The notes under the pieces were generated by a model, which worked only from the letters and a program-made list of their open reading frames with translations, did not search any database and had not been told where the DNA came from. Both the position numbers and the translations under genes were made by a program. A stretch of DNA of 64,000 bases from Mucilaginibacter sp. GTDB lineage: Bacteria > Bacteroidota > Bacteroidia > Sphingobacteriales > Sphingobacteriaceae. This document shows, piece by piece, positions 29,186 through 38,665 of the stretch (position 1 is the first letter of the stretch; every line of letters starts with the position of its first letter). Location of the stretch: NCBI GenBank assembly GCA_028287975.1, contig JAQBOP010000011.1, positions 649-64,648 on the forward strand, written 5' to 3'.

Positions 29186-29311
29186 TTTTGTAAAGGTTTG
29201 TTACGTGTAAATGACCCGATAAAGGTAACGGATTTCATAACTTTATACTATCATAAAATTAAACAATTCACGAAATCAACAATCAATCACTCATTCAATA
29301 ATTATATAGCT

Positions 29312-29566
29312 ATGGGGAAACTAATAGAAGATTTTGAGGCCTATCGCACCAAAATGAATGACAGGATAATGGAATCGTCCAATACAAATATTAAACGTTT
29401 TTTTGCTTTGGATACCACCACCTATGCAGAGGGTGCGTTGGATGTAAAAACCAAGGAAATGCTGGGCCTGGTAGCATTAATGGTTTTGCGTTGCGACGAT
29501 TGCATTAAGTATCATCCCTTTTTTAGAATGAGCATATATGGTATTATATCTCATAAACATAATTGA
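29312..29566 (+). pseudogene. Carboxymuconolactone decarboxylase/AhpD-like gene truncated after CxxC
   Basis: GALDVKTKEMLGL...LRCDDCIKYH followed by 16 unrelated residues; the C-terminal helices are missing. Confidence 0.75.
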
Positions 29567-29778
29567 CAGGGACTATATATAAGTAACGCCATCGGCATGA
29601 CAGCCTATGCGCCCAACCGGAAGACTCATTCACAGGTCTTCAATTTGTAATCCGTCTAATTCTCCTAACATGGTGTCAAATCTCTTAAATATACATTAGC
29701 GCGGCAATGACGATAAACACTCCGAATAGTGACTACCATCATTCTTTAAACACTAAAGCAAAAGCAACTTTGTATATC

Positions 29779-30042
29779 ATGAAAAAACTATTGATCGTTA
29801 CAGATTTTTCGGCCAATGCAAAGCATGCTGCTGAATATGGTTACCTGCTTGCCAAGCAATTAAAAGCCGGGATTTTCCTTTGTAATACGATTATTATCCC
29901 AACCGAAATGGCTATGGCAGGTATGTCTGTTTGGCCGCAGGGAGATAATGGCGTTTTACTGGATGATTCTATAGAAGAATTAAAGCGTTTAAAAGCGCAT
30001 TTAGAACATAATGACCATACCGAAGCCATCAGGCCGCCGTAG
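29779..30042 (+). pseudogene. Universal stress protein, N-terminal fragment
   Basis: MKKLLIVTDFSANAKHAAEYG; ends after about 87 aa, abutting the integrase break. Confidence 0.75.
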
Positions 30043-30043
30043 A

Positions 30044-30559
30044 TTAGTATTCAAAATCTACAATGAAAGCATGGTTTAAACTTTGGATCTCAATGTCCGT
30101 TTTGCCAAAGTTTGTTTTTAAAAATGCAGTTAGGTGTTTAACTGATGTTTTATACCCCTTCAAGGTGTTCTCTTCAAAACCGTTCCCGATCAGCGATTTG
30201 AGGCGCATATTATGTTCTTCGAACAATTGCATAAGATACCGGCCTTTTTCTGCCTTGCCTGATAAATGTTTTTTTTAACTTTCGGAGGTGATCGGCTCAC
30301 CGCTTTCCAGTAACATCTGGTGAGCTATTCTGATTTTGGTCTGAATAGTGTCGAGATAGGTGTTTAACATCCGTGATTCTTCTTTGGTGCCGATACATCT
30401 TCCGGCATCGCCGTTCCAGCGGCTGATTTCACAGCTTCTTCCGACATAAAGCTCTGATCTTCTGCCATTTATAATAATGCGGATGTAGATAGGAACAGGA
30501 CCCTTGTTCCAGGTCTTTTGCTTCTTTAAATAAAAAAGCAGGACGAAATTTGTCTTCAT
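30044..30559 (-). pseudogene. Tyrosine integrase relic (Arm-DNA-binding + SAM-like domains; frameshifted, catalytic domain lost)
   Basis: LFYLKK...PIYIRIIINGRR...RWN...LNTYLD, then a frameshift near 30275 to FEEHN...TLKGYKTSVKHL...FIVDFEY*. Confidence 0.85.
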
Positions 30560-30752
30560 AAACAAGCTTTAAGGGTAAAACAAAGTTAAGCTTGCATCTT
30601 TCAGAAATCAAGATATTTAATGACTAAACAAGTTGATTATCAATTATTTATCATGGTTTCGGTGAGTAATTAACCTGCCTGTTTTTGCTCACCTTAATTT
30701 TCTCTTTTTTAATGAGGATTGGTATATAAAATGGCATTTTGGCGCAAACAAG

Positions 30753-30783
30753 AATGGCTGCAAATCAAATATTTGCAGCCATT
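30753..30783. repeat. 13-bp inverted repeat upstream of the integrase (att-flanking hairpin)
   Basis: AATGGCTGCAAAT-caaat-ATTTGCAGCCATT. Confidence 0.7.
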
Positions 30784-30807
30784 TAGTGTTTTTTGATACT
30801 GTTTTTT

Positions 30808-31057
30808 GTAGCGGTAATGATAGTTATTTTAAACAATTATCAATGCTCTTAGAGGTTTTGGCTGAGATTTCTGAAAACAATGAAAAGAATAATAGTAACA
30901 GTAAATCCGATGGCGCTGAAGATCAAATAATTAGCGATAAGAGCATTTTGTTTTCTCCTGATAATGAGAGCAAAACGTAATAAATTACAAGACGGCGCTA
31001 TCGGGTAAAAACCTTTTTGACTACTGTAACCTTGACATTGTGGTATGGCTATGAAAG
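30808..31057 (+). repeat. 250-bp direct repeat, copy 1
   Basis: Ungapped manual alignment with 57434-57683 gives 37 mismatches in 250 (~85%). Confidence 0.92.
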
Positions 31058-31084
31058 TTATACTGTTATTAGCAATTTATGTTT

Positions 31085-31380
31085 ATTCGAAATCATAGGT
31101 TAGTGTCAAGTCGAGGAATTGTTCGTCTTTGACCAGCTTGTCATGTTTCTTTTTAAGCTCCTTATATTCAGCATCTTCTGTGGTAATATTACCTCGTTGG
31201 ATCGTGTAATGTCGCAAGAGTGCCTGATACGGGCATTATCGGTTTTATCTTCTAACAGGCTAAAGTCATTGATCTCGATAATACGTTTAGCTTCTTCACG
31301 TTCAGTTTCATCTAATATAGGCTCAATTAGCCAAACAGGAAAATCTTTATTTGAATTTCCGGAAGCTATAGAGCCATTTT
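31085..31380 (-). pseudogene. Frameshifted fragment of an unidentified gene
   Basis: Minus strand reads KDFPVWLIEPILDETEREEAKRIIEINDFSLLEDK, then shifts to YQALLRHY...EDAEYKELKKKHDKLVKDEQF. Confidence 0.4.
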
Positions 31381-31510
31381 AAAGACATTAGAGAAGAACT
31401 ATAACGACTTGATCAATTTGGCGAAGCTCATTATCTGCCGTTTTAATTGAAGCCAAAAAAATAGTTGTGGATTTGAATTCAGTTTTGGGAAGAGTTACCA
31501 TACCCTGAAA

Positions 31511-31585
31511 TGTCTATGTCACCGTGAATTTTGCCTGGTTCACAAATAAAACACTCGGAGTTGCTGGCAGTAACGATCAATTTTG
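31511..31585 (+). promoter_or_regulatory. LytTR-type direct-repeat promoter (doxX)
   Basis: TGTCTATGTCA (31511) and TGCCTGGTTCA (31532), 21-bp period; -7-like CAATTTTG at 31578. Confidence 0.6.
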
Positions 31586-31616
31586 GCGTAAGAAAACACT
31601 TAAAACAATTAAGATC

Positions 31617-31997
31617 ATGACACTTACAAATGCAAAAAGAATTTATTGGACCGGCGTAGCATTAACCTCATTATGGTTCGGTGCCAGCGGCTTTTTTGAA
31701 CTGACCAAAAATCCCGTCGTTTGGGATATTACGCTGAAATTAGGTTATCCGGCTTACTTTATCTATGTACTTGGTGTGGCCAAACTATCAGGTATTGCCG
31801 TTCTTTTAATTCCGGGCAAATTGCTGCGATTGAAAGAATGGGTATTTGCAGGTATTTTTTTCGACATCATCTTTGCTTTTGCCTCCAAGCTAAACGTTGT
31901 TGGCCCTGTTGGTACCATCGATGCCCTAATTGCTTTCACAATGGTTAGCATCACTTACCTGATGTTCCGGAAAATTTATCCTGCTTCCCAATTTTAA
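31617..31997 (+). CDS. DoxX-like family membrane protein
   Basis: IYW, LGYPAYF, LGVAK, RLKEWVFAG; ATG at 31617. Confidence 0.85.
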   Translation: MTLTNAKRIYWTGVALTSLWFGASGFFELTKNPVVWDITLKLGYPAYFIYVLGVAKLSGIAVLLIPGKLLRLKEWVFAGIFFDIIFAFASKLNVVGPVGTIDALIAFTMVSITYLMFRKIYPASQF

Positions 31998-32043
31998 CTC
32001 ATCTGTTTCTATCAAAGGCTAAACACTTGTTATCCATCAAGCC

Positions 32044-32075
32044 GACAAAGGCGACCAGCGATGGTCGCCTTTGTC
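32044..32075 (+). terminator. Hairpin/terminator after doxX
   Basis: GACAAAGGCGACCA-gcga-TGGTCGCCTTTGTC. Confidence 0.7.
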
Positions 32076-32114
32076 ATTTGGGGGGAGAGCTTCACCGGCA
32101 TGGCAAATTCATCA

Positions 32115-32210
32115 TGCCTGCCTGAAAAGCAAATTTGTCTAACTCCGCCAGATATATGCCTGCCTTACCCGGTTTTAGCTACCCATCTGCCTTATTTTGA
32201 AATAGTTTTG
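32115..32210 (+). promoter_or_regulatory. LytTR-type direct-repeat promoter (DUF1223 gene)
   Basis: TGCCTGCCTGA (32115), TGTCTAACTCC (32136), TGCCTGCCTTA (32157); TAGTTTTG at 32203. Confidence 0.6.
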
Positions 32211-32232
32211 AGCAAACAAATCAAAAGAAATT

Positions 32233-33039
32233 ATGAAAATCATGAATAGCACGGGTTTAATTGCGAGCTTACTTATTACAACTTTATCGTTTACTGCCTG
32301 TGGTCAGGTAACCAAATCAACCGAAAACACGACAAGAACAAGCGCAGGAAAAGGATTCGCAGTACTGGAGTTATTTACATCTGAAGGGTGCTCAAGCTGC
32401 CCGCCCGCCGATGAATTGCTGGCCCAAATACAGAGGGAATCAAATGGCAAGCCGGTATATATTCTGGCCTACCATGTAGATTACTGGAACAGGTTGGGGT
32501 GGAAGGATGTATTCAGCAAGGCCGAATTTTCAAAAAGGCAACAACAATACAGCAATTGGCTAAACGCGCAAATTTATACGCCGCAATTAGTTATTAATGG
32601 CACAAATGAACTGGTAGGATCAGATAAGTCGGCCATATATAATGCAATTGCAGGCGAGTTAACCGGTGCAACCATTGATCAACTGGTACTTGATGTACAT
32701 AAGGAAGGCGAGCACCTAAAAGTGCATTTTAAAATACAAAATACCCCTAAAGACAGCCGGCTGTTAATTGCCCTGATACAAAGAGATGCACAAACCAAAG
32801 TAGCCCGCGGCGAAAACGCCGGGCATACCTTATCGCATGTTCAGATCGTCCACCAACTACAAACTGTGCCTTTAGATACTGTCGGAGAAGGAAACATCAT
32901 AATTGCTTTGCAAGCGGGATTTGATGCTCAAAATTGGGAAGTATTAGCAATGATACAAGATCAAAACAACGGAGCTATAACAGCCGCGGCAAAAGCAGAA
33001 CTGAGCAATGTCGTTATCGCTAAAAGAATAAAGCATTAA
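32233..33039 (+). CDS. DUF1223 thioredoxin-fold lipoprotein
   Basis: Lipobox FTAC; ELFTSEGCSSCPPAD, HVDYWN.LGWKD, YTPQ, GENAG.TLSH. Confidence 0.88.
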   Translation: MKIMNSTGLIASLLITTLSFTACGQVTKSTENTTRTSAGKGFAVLELFTSEGCSSCPPADELLAQIQRESNGKPVYILAYHVDYWNRLGWKDVFSKAEFSKRQQQYSNWLNAQIYTPQLVINGTNELVGSDKSAIYNAIAGELTGATIDQLVLDVHKEGEHLKVHFKIQNTPKDSRLLIALIQRDAQTKVARGENAGHTLSHVQIVHQLQTVPLDTVGEGNIIIALQAGFDAQNWEVLAMIQDQNNGAITAAAKAELSNVVIAKRIKH

Positions 33040-33218
33040 TATCAAACGCTATGAACAAGCTTTCTGAATATGGCCGGGACAGACTAATCGCAGGGTTAAT
33101 ATCACTGCTATCCATGTCATTCCTTACGAGCGCCTTTTGAAAAGAACCCGCAGGACTGTGAGATGATCAGTGTAATTGGCAGAAAGAAAAAGCAATAGCT
33201 AGAAGGAAATTGATTAGT

Positions 33219-33314
33219 CTAGTGATTCACGTTTAAAACTGACCAGTTCAGGACAAACGTTGTCCACTTCAACTCTTTAGTGATTGATTGCAGCCCGGTC
33301 CAGGGGTACTTTTG
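33219..33314 (+). promoter_or_regulatory. LytTR-type direct-repeat promoter (ohr)
   Basis: CTAGTGATTCA (33219), TGACCAGTTCA (33240), TGTCCACTTCA (33261); TACTTTTG at 33307. Confidence 0.7.
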
Positions 33315-33359
33315 ACTTAACAAAACAAACAAATTATAAAAAACATAAAAAATAAAATC

Positions 33360-33797
33360 ATGGAAACTAACAGTACAATCGTAACAGAAAAAGTATTATA
33401 CACCGGTAAAACCCACACCGCAGGCGGCGGTCGTGACGGCGGTTCGTCACAAAGTTCTGACGGCCGGTTGGATATCGGCCTTTCGCTTCCGGGCGCTCCG
33501 GGAACCGGCACTAACCCCGAGCAATTATTTGCAGCAGGTTGGTCGGCCTGTTTTATTGGCGCGATGGGAATTGCCGCAGCAAAAATGAAGATCAAGTTAC
33601 CGGCCGATCATGCCGTTGATGCAGAGGTAGACCTATGTAATACCGATGGCGAATACTTTTTACAAGCCCGTCTTAACGTAAGCCTACCTGGTTTGGATCG
33701 TGAAGTAGCCGAGGCGCTCGCCGCCGCAGCTCACCAAACCTGCCCATATTCTAAAGCCACCCGTGGTAATATCGACGTAGTAATCACTGTTATCTAA
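33360..33797 (+). CDS. ohr: Organic hydroperoxide resistance protein (Ohr/OsmC family)
   Basis: GGRDG, NPEQLFAAGWSACF, AHQTCPYSKATRGN. Confidence 0.92.
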   Translation: METNSTIVTEKVLYTGKTHTAGGGRDGGSSQSSDGRLDIGLSLPGAPGTGTNPEQLFAAGWSACFIGAMGIAAAKMKIKLPADHAVDAEVDLCNTDGEYFLQARLNVSLPGLDREVAEALAAAAHQTCPYSKATRGNIDVVITVI

Positions 33798-33806
33798 ACA
33801 AATAAT

Positions 33807-33831
33807 AAGCCCTGCTAAACGGCAGGGCTTT
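33807..33831 (+). terminator. Hairpin between ohr and the hydrolase
   Basis: AAGCCCTGC-taaacg-GCAGGGCTTT. Confidence 0.6.
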
Positions 33832-33851
33832 CACCTTTAAAACATAATATC

Positions 33852-34853
33852 ATGTCACCAAATATAAATTACCGCAGCCGCCTGTTTTCAGGTATCGCAG
33901 CTCTTTTACTTATCCTTACCGGTCCGGCAAATGCACAAGTTGCTTTGTCTACAAGTCCGTTCGATAACATCAGGCAAATAAACGCCGGCGTTTTAAATGT
34001 AGGCTATGTTGATGCTGGCCCGGCTAATGGCCCGGTTGTATTGCTACTGCACGGCTGGCCTTATGATATTCATAGCTATGTTGATGTTGTTCCTTTGTTA
34101 ACTGCCAAAGGATACCGCGTTATCCTTCCGTATCTGCGCGGTTTCGGTACCACCCGGTTTCTTTCTGCTCAAACACCCCGAAACGGCCAGCAATCGGTTA
34201 TCGCTACGGATATGATCGCTTTATTGGATGCGCTTAAAATAGATAAAGCAACCATCGCCGGGTTCGATTGGGGCGCACGCACCGCGGATATTATGGCGGC
34301 TTTATGGCCCGAACGTGTAAAAGCCCTTGTATCGGTAAGCGGCTATCTGATTGTTAACCGCACCGCCAACTTAAAACCATTGCCGCCGAAGGCAGAGCTG
34401 GGCTGGTGGTACCAGTATTATTTCGCTACCGAACGTGGACAGGCCGGTTATGATGCCAATCGTCATGACTTCAACAAACTGATCTGGCAGATCGCATCAC
34501 CAAAATGGAATTTTGATGATGCCACCTTTGATCGCTCGGCCGCATCATTCGACAATCCCGACCATGTGGCCATTGTGATCCATAACTATCGCTGGCGGTT
34601 AAGTTTAGCCAAAGGTGATCCGCAATATGATGCCATTGAAGAAAAGTTGGCTGCCGGCCCGGTCATCACCGTACCTGCCATTACCATCAGCAGTGATTTT
34701 GATGGCGCCAATGCCGACGGCAAGACGTATGAGAAAAAATTCTCAGGCAAATATGCGCACCGCATATTAAACGGTATCGGTCATAACGTGCCACAGGAAG
34801 CGCCAAAAGCTTTTGCTGACGCGGTAATAGCAGCCGACAGCTATTCCAAATAA
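33852..34853 (+). CDS. Secreted alpha/beta hydrolase (epoxide-hydrolase-like)
   Basis: LLHGWP, GFDWG (Asp nucleophile), GHNVPQE; signal peptide. Confidence 0.88.
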   Translation: MSPNINYRSRLFSGIAALLLILTGPANAQVALSTSPFDNIRQINAGVLNVGYVDAGPANGPVVLLLHGWPYDIHSYVDVVPLLTAKGYRVILPYLRGFGTTRFLSAQTPRNGQQSVIATDMIALLDALKIDKATIAGFDWGARTADIMAALWPERVKALVSVSGYLIVNRTANLKPLPPKAELGWWYQYYFATERGQAGYDANRHDFNKLIWQIASPKWNFDDATFDRSAASFDNPDHVAIVIHNYRWRLSLAKGDPQYDAIEEKLAAGPVITVPAITISSDFDGANADGKTYEKKFSGKYAHRILNGIGHNVPQEAPKAFADAVIAADSYSK

Positions 34854-34954
34854 ATACATATCCTACAATAAAATTGCAACGGTCCCGGCACAATGCCGGA
34901 TCGTTTTTTTAGCCTTTTTTATGGTTTTACCATACTAAATTCCAGACTGATAAA

Positions 34955-35030
34955 TGACCAGTTCAAGGTGCATTTTTGCCTGTTTGGGCTACTTATTGAT
35001 TGCCCGCAGTTCGATGTAAGGGTACTTTCG
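34955..35030 (+). promoter_or_regulatory. LytTR-type direct-repeat promoter (epoxide hydrolase)
   Basis: TGACCAGTTCA (34955), TTGCCTGTTTG (34976); TACTTTCG at 35023. Confidence 0.65.
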
Positions 35031-35060
35031 AACAACAAATAAAAACTTAAAACTAAAACA

Positions 35061-36324
35061 ATGAAAACTTACAAAAACACACTTGGCAAAATGATCACCG
35101 GCGCGCTATTATTGTTCGCCGCATCAGGCTTCGCGCAAACCACACCGGCTGCTGACGCTATCCGCCCCTTCCATATCAGCATTCCGGAAAAAAACTGGTT
35201 GACCTGAAACGCCGCATTTTAGCAACGGAGTGGCCGGAGCAGGAAACGGTAAAAGATCAGACTCAGGGCGTTCAATTGGCCTCCATTCAAAAGCTTGCCG
35301 CCTATTGGGCAAAAGATTACGATTGGCGCAAGATCGAAGCAAAGCTGAATGCCCTGCCACAATTCGTTACCAATATTGACGGGCTCGATATTCACTTTAT
35401 TCACGTCCGTTCCAAAAATAAGAATGCATTACCGCTGATCATCACACACGGCTGGCCTGGTTCCATTATCTAACAGATGAAAATTATTGGCCCCCTGACT
35501 GATCCGGCTTCTTATGGTGGAAAAGCAGAAGACGCTTTTGATGTGGTTATTCCGTCACTTCCAGGTTATGGTTTTTCAGGCAAGCCTACTGCTACCGGTT
35601 GGGATCCTCAACATATAGCACGGGCATGGACGATATTAATGAAACGTTTGGGCTATCAGAAGTTTGCAGCACAGGGCGGCGACTGGGGTAATGCGGTTAC
35701 GGAACAAATGGCATTACAGGCACCTCCAGAATTAGTTGGCATCATACCAATATGCCCGCTTCGGTTCCTGCCGACGTTGCAAAAGCACTTCAGTTTAACG
35801 AACCTGCGCCAGCCAGCCTGTCAGCCGATGAAAAACATGCGTATGATCAGCTTGACTTTTTCTACAAACATGGTTTAGGTTACGCTAACAAAATGGCTAA
35901 CAGGCCGCAGACATTATACGGCATTCAGGATTCACCAATAGGCCTGGCTGCCTGGATGCTTGACCATGATGGAACCAGCCTGGCACTCATTACCCGCGTT
36001 TTCAACGGCGAGTCTGAAGGTTTAACCCGCGACGATATCCTTGACAACGTTACCCTTTATTGGTTAACGGGTACCGCTACCTCTTCTGCACGCCTTTACT
36101 GGGAAAGCAAACTAGCCTTCTTTGCTCCGAAGGGTATTACCATCCCGGTAGCAATAAGCGCCTTCCCGGATGAGCTTTACCAGGCTCCGCAAAGCTGGGT
36201 TGAAAAAGCTTATCCAAACCTCATTCACTACAATAAACTGAATAAGGGAGGACATTTTGCGGCATGGGAACAACCGCAGGTTTTTGCCGAAGAACTCCGT
36301 GCGTCGTTTAAAACACTACGGTAA
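35061..36324 (+). pseudogene. Microsomal-type (EHN) epoxide hydrolase pseudogene
   Basis: IRPFHI, YDWRKIE, THGWPGS, PSLPGYGFS, QGGDWG, GGHFAAWEQP spread over three frames; frameshifts near 35190 and 35740, in-frame TAA at 35471. Confidence 0.9.
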
Positions 36325-36389
36325 TAAATTATGGAAAGAGATTTTCATAATCGCACACGGTAAATAAGTGAGACAGATAGCCTTGTCCA

Positions 36390-36422
36390 AACAGCACCGT
36401 ACATTTTTATGGCGGTGCTGTT
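36390..36422 (+). terminator. Hairpin after the epoxide hydrolase
   Basis: AACAGCACCG...CGGTGCTGTT. Confidence 0.55.
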
Positions 36423-36474
36423 GCTGTAACAAATAAGAAGAAGCCATTATAGATGCTATATTTGAACAAATAAC

Positions 36475-37494
36475 ATGCAGAAGAAAACATTTAAGATCTC
36501 GAATAAGATCATTTGGTTAAGTTCCCTTTTCCTCGGTGTATTGGTAGCTGTCCCCAAAATTGCCGAGCATCATTTTAATTTTTATGAAGCTCTTGTCGAT
36601 TCGACCGTAACCTTTTTATTCGCCCTTTTTATCTGGTATTACAACATCAAAATGCTGCCCGCTTATTCATCAAAGGATGTGGCTAATGGGTTTTCCAGTA
36701 TGCGTTTGGTCAAAGGTTTATTATTAGGTATCGTCGTGATGTTTGGCTTAGCCTGCATTCAGCAGTTTCTGCTTACGCACCTCAATTTTGGACCGGTAAT
36801 GCTGATGTTCGAGGTAAGGGGTATCCTGGTGAGTGTGATGTTTTATATGTTTATACACCTGTTATACCAGAGCGCACAGAATCAGCAGGCGGGGATCGAA
36901 CTGGAACGTACTAAAGCAGATAACCTGAGTGCACAGTATGAATTGCTGAAGCAACAGGTCAACCCTCACTTTCTGTTTAATAGCTTAAATACTTTAAAAT
37001 ACATGGTGGAAAGCGGCGACGTGCATAGTGTGGATTTCATTTTGAAACTATCCGATTTTTACCGCTTTACGCTGGAAAGCCGGAAACTTAATGTGATTAC
37101 ACTGGCAGAGGAACTGGAGATCATCAATTCTTATATGTTCCTGTTAAAAGCGCGCTTTGAGGACGGCCTGGACTTGTCCATTGAAATTGATCCCGAATAT
37201 TACCAATCATTTATACCGCCCTTTACCCTGCAACTCCTAATCGAAAACTGCATCAAGCACAACGTGGTGTCATTAGATAAACCATTGAAGATCCGGCTCT
37301 ATTCAGCGCATGATTGCCTGGTGATTGAAAACCGGCTCCAGTTAAAAAGAATGCCCGAAGCTTCCACTGGCATAGGCTTAGAAAATATCAACGAGCGTTA
37401 CCTGCACCTGGTACATAAAAAGATCGAAATAAAAGCCAGCGAAACCTTGTTTACCATTAAACTTCCTATCATCCATGAAAATAGTCATTATTGA
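36475..37494 (+). CDS. LytS/YehU-type sensor histidine kinase
   Basis: Four TM helices; LKQQVNPHFLFNSLN, LQLLIENCIKHN, TGIGLENI. Confidence 0.93.
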   Translation: MQKKTFKISNKIIWLSSLFLGVLVAVPKIAEHHFNFYEALVDSTVTFLFALFIWYYNIKMLPAYSSKDVANGFSSMRLVKGLLLGIVVMFGLACIQQFLLTHLNFGPVMLMFEVRGILVSVMFYMFIHLLYQSAQNQQAGIELERTKADNLSAQYELLKQQVNPHFLFNSLNTLKYMVESGDVHSVDFILKLSDFYRFTLESRKLNVITLAEELEIINSYMFLLKARFEDGLDLSIEIDPEYYQSFIPPFTLQLLIENCIKHNVVSLDKPLKIRLYSAHDCLVIENRLQLKRMPEASTGIGLENINERYLHLVHKKIEIKASETLFTIKLPIIHENSHY

Positions 37495-38236
37495 AGACGA
37501 GCTTAAAGCGGCTAAGTCGCTAGAAAACCTGATCATCAAACTAAGGCCAGTGGCACAAATTGTTGCCAAATTACAGAGTATTGAAGGCGCGGTTGATTAT
37601 TTAGCGGAAAATGAACCACCGGATCTGATCTTTATGGATATACAAATTTCTGATGGTTTATCATTCGAGATTTTTAAATCGGTAGAGATACATTGCCCGG
37701 TGATATTTTGTACCGCCTATGGCGAATATGCTATGGACGCGATAAAGGCCAACGGTATTGATTATTTATTAAAACCCTTTTCGCAGGATGACCTGCAGGC
37801 AGCTTTTGAAAAAGTAGAGAGTTTTAAAAACTTCTTCCAGCAAAACACGCAACCCGACCTGGATGGCTTATTAAAGCGGATAGGCCTGGACGAAGGCAAA
37901 AAAAGCTTCCTGGTTTTTAAGCATAATAAATACACTACCGTTCAAACCGAACAGATCGCGTTCATCTATATCAGAAATGATTCTGCTTCCATTATGACCT
38001 TTCAACAGCAGGAGTATGCTATTGATCAATCAATGGACCAAATTCAGAACTTGTTATCCGCTAAACAGTTTTTCAGGCTGAACAGGCAATACCTGGTCAA
38101 CTTTAGTGCGATCAAAGAAGTTGAGCATTATTTCGGCCGGAAATTGTTTGTCAAGCTGACCATCCCCATCCCCGATAAATTACTTATCGGTAAGGAAAAG
38201 ACAAGCACGTTTTTAAATTGGTTAGAGAACCGGTAG
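37475..38236 (+). CDS. LytTR family response regulator
   Basis: IIEDE, FMDIQ, FCTAY, YLLKP; FFRLNRQYLVN LytTR domain; overlaps the kinase gene. Confidence 0.95.
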   Translation: MKIVIIEDELKAAKSLENLIIKLRPVAQIVAKLQSIEGAVDYLAENEPPDLIFMDIQISDGLSFEIFKSVEIHCPVIFCTAYGEYAMDAIKANGIDYLLKPFSQDDLQAAFEKVESFKNFFQQNTQPDLDGLLKRIGLDEGKKSFLVFKHNKYTTVQTEQIAFIYIRNDSASIMTFQQQEYAIDQSMDQIQNLLSAKQFFRLNRQYLVNFSAIKEVEHYFGRKLFVKLTIPIPDKLLIGKEKTSTFLNWLENR

Positions 38237-38362
38237 CTTATAGTTTTAGCATTAATTTCATGATAATAAGAACAGGGCTGTTCATCGTATTGATGGGACG
38301 GCCCCGCTTTTGGAAGAGTTGTGTTGAACTTCCGGTTCGTTATTATTTTCAAGGTATTATAA

Positions 38363-38437
38363 TGACTGCTGCAGCTTGAATTATGTCCGCCCGGGCTTGT
38401 ATTAGCTGCCTTTCAGAGACTTTTAGCGATAGTTTTG
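38363..38437 (+). promoter_or_regulatory. LytTR-type direct-repeat promoter (hydrolase remnant)
   Basis: TGACTGCTGCA (38363), TGTCCGCCCGG (38384); TAGTTTTG at 38430. Confidence 0.5.
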
Positions 38438-38449
38438 ATCAACAATAAC

Positions 38450-38665
38450 ATGAAACGTATCATTCTATTCGCAACAGTCATTTTTAGTATTGCCTCCGCA
38501 TCTGTTTACGGAAAAGCAAAACCGAAGGCCATTGATTACCACCAGACCGCCCGAACCAAATTTATCAAGGTTGAAGGTACCACTTACGGTTACCCGCAAA
38601 AGCGTATTACCGTCAGCGGTTCCGAAATTGACCGATCAGCATTAATGAATCCCACGCAGGTTTAA
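38450..38665 (+). pseudogene. N-terminal remnant of a secreted alpha/beta hydrolase
   Basis: Signal peptide, then HQTARTKFIKVEGTTYGY, then unrelated sequence. Confidence 0.5.

Noticed and set aside
29198-29311. N-terminal extensions given by the ORF track (also 4747, 22291, 26563, 28836, 29707, 31524, 38435)
   Set aside because: Family-like sequence or signal peptides begin at downstream ATGs preceded by A-rich initiation regions.
30044-30559. Active integrase
   Set aside because: Frameshifted and lacking the whole catalytic R-H-R-Y domain.
30786-30980. 64-aa ORF and its 77-aa paralog at 57373-57606 as a duplicated small-protein gene
   Set aside because: No shared start codon, similarity begins abruptly at the repeat edge and extends past the stop, and differences are mostly non-synonymous.
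31119-31382. 87-aa plus-strand ORF
   Set aside because: The opposite strand gives a more protein-like, frameshifted reading, so this is probably its shadow.
35180-35200. Programmed frameshift or phase variation at the A7 run of the epoxide hydrolase
   Set aside because: An in-frame stop and a second frameshift downstream mean slippage alone cannot restore the protein.
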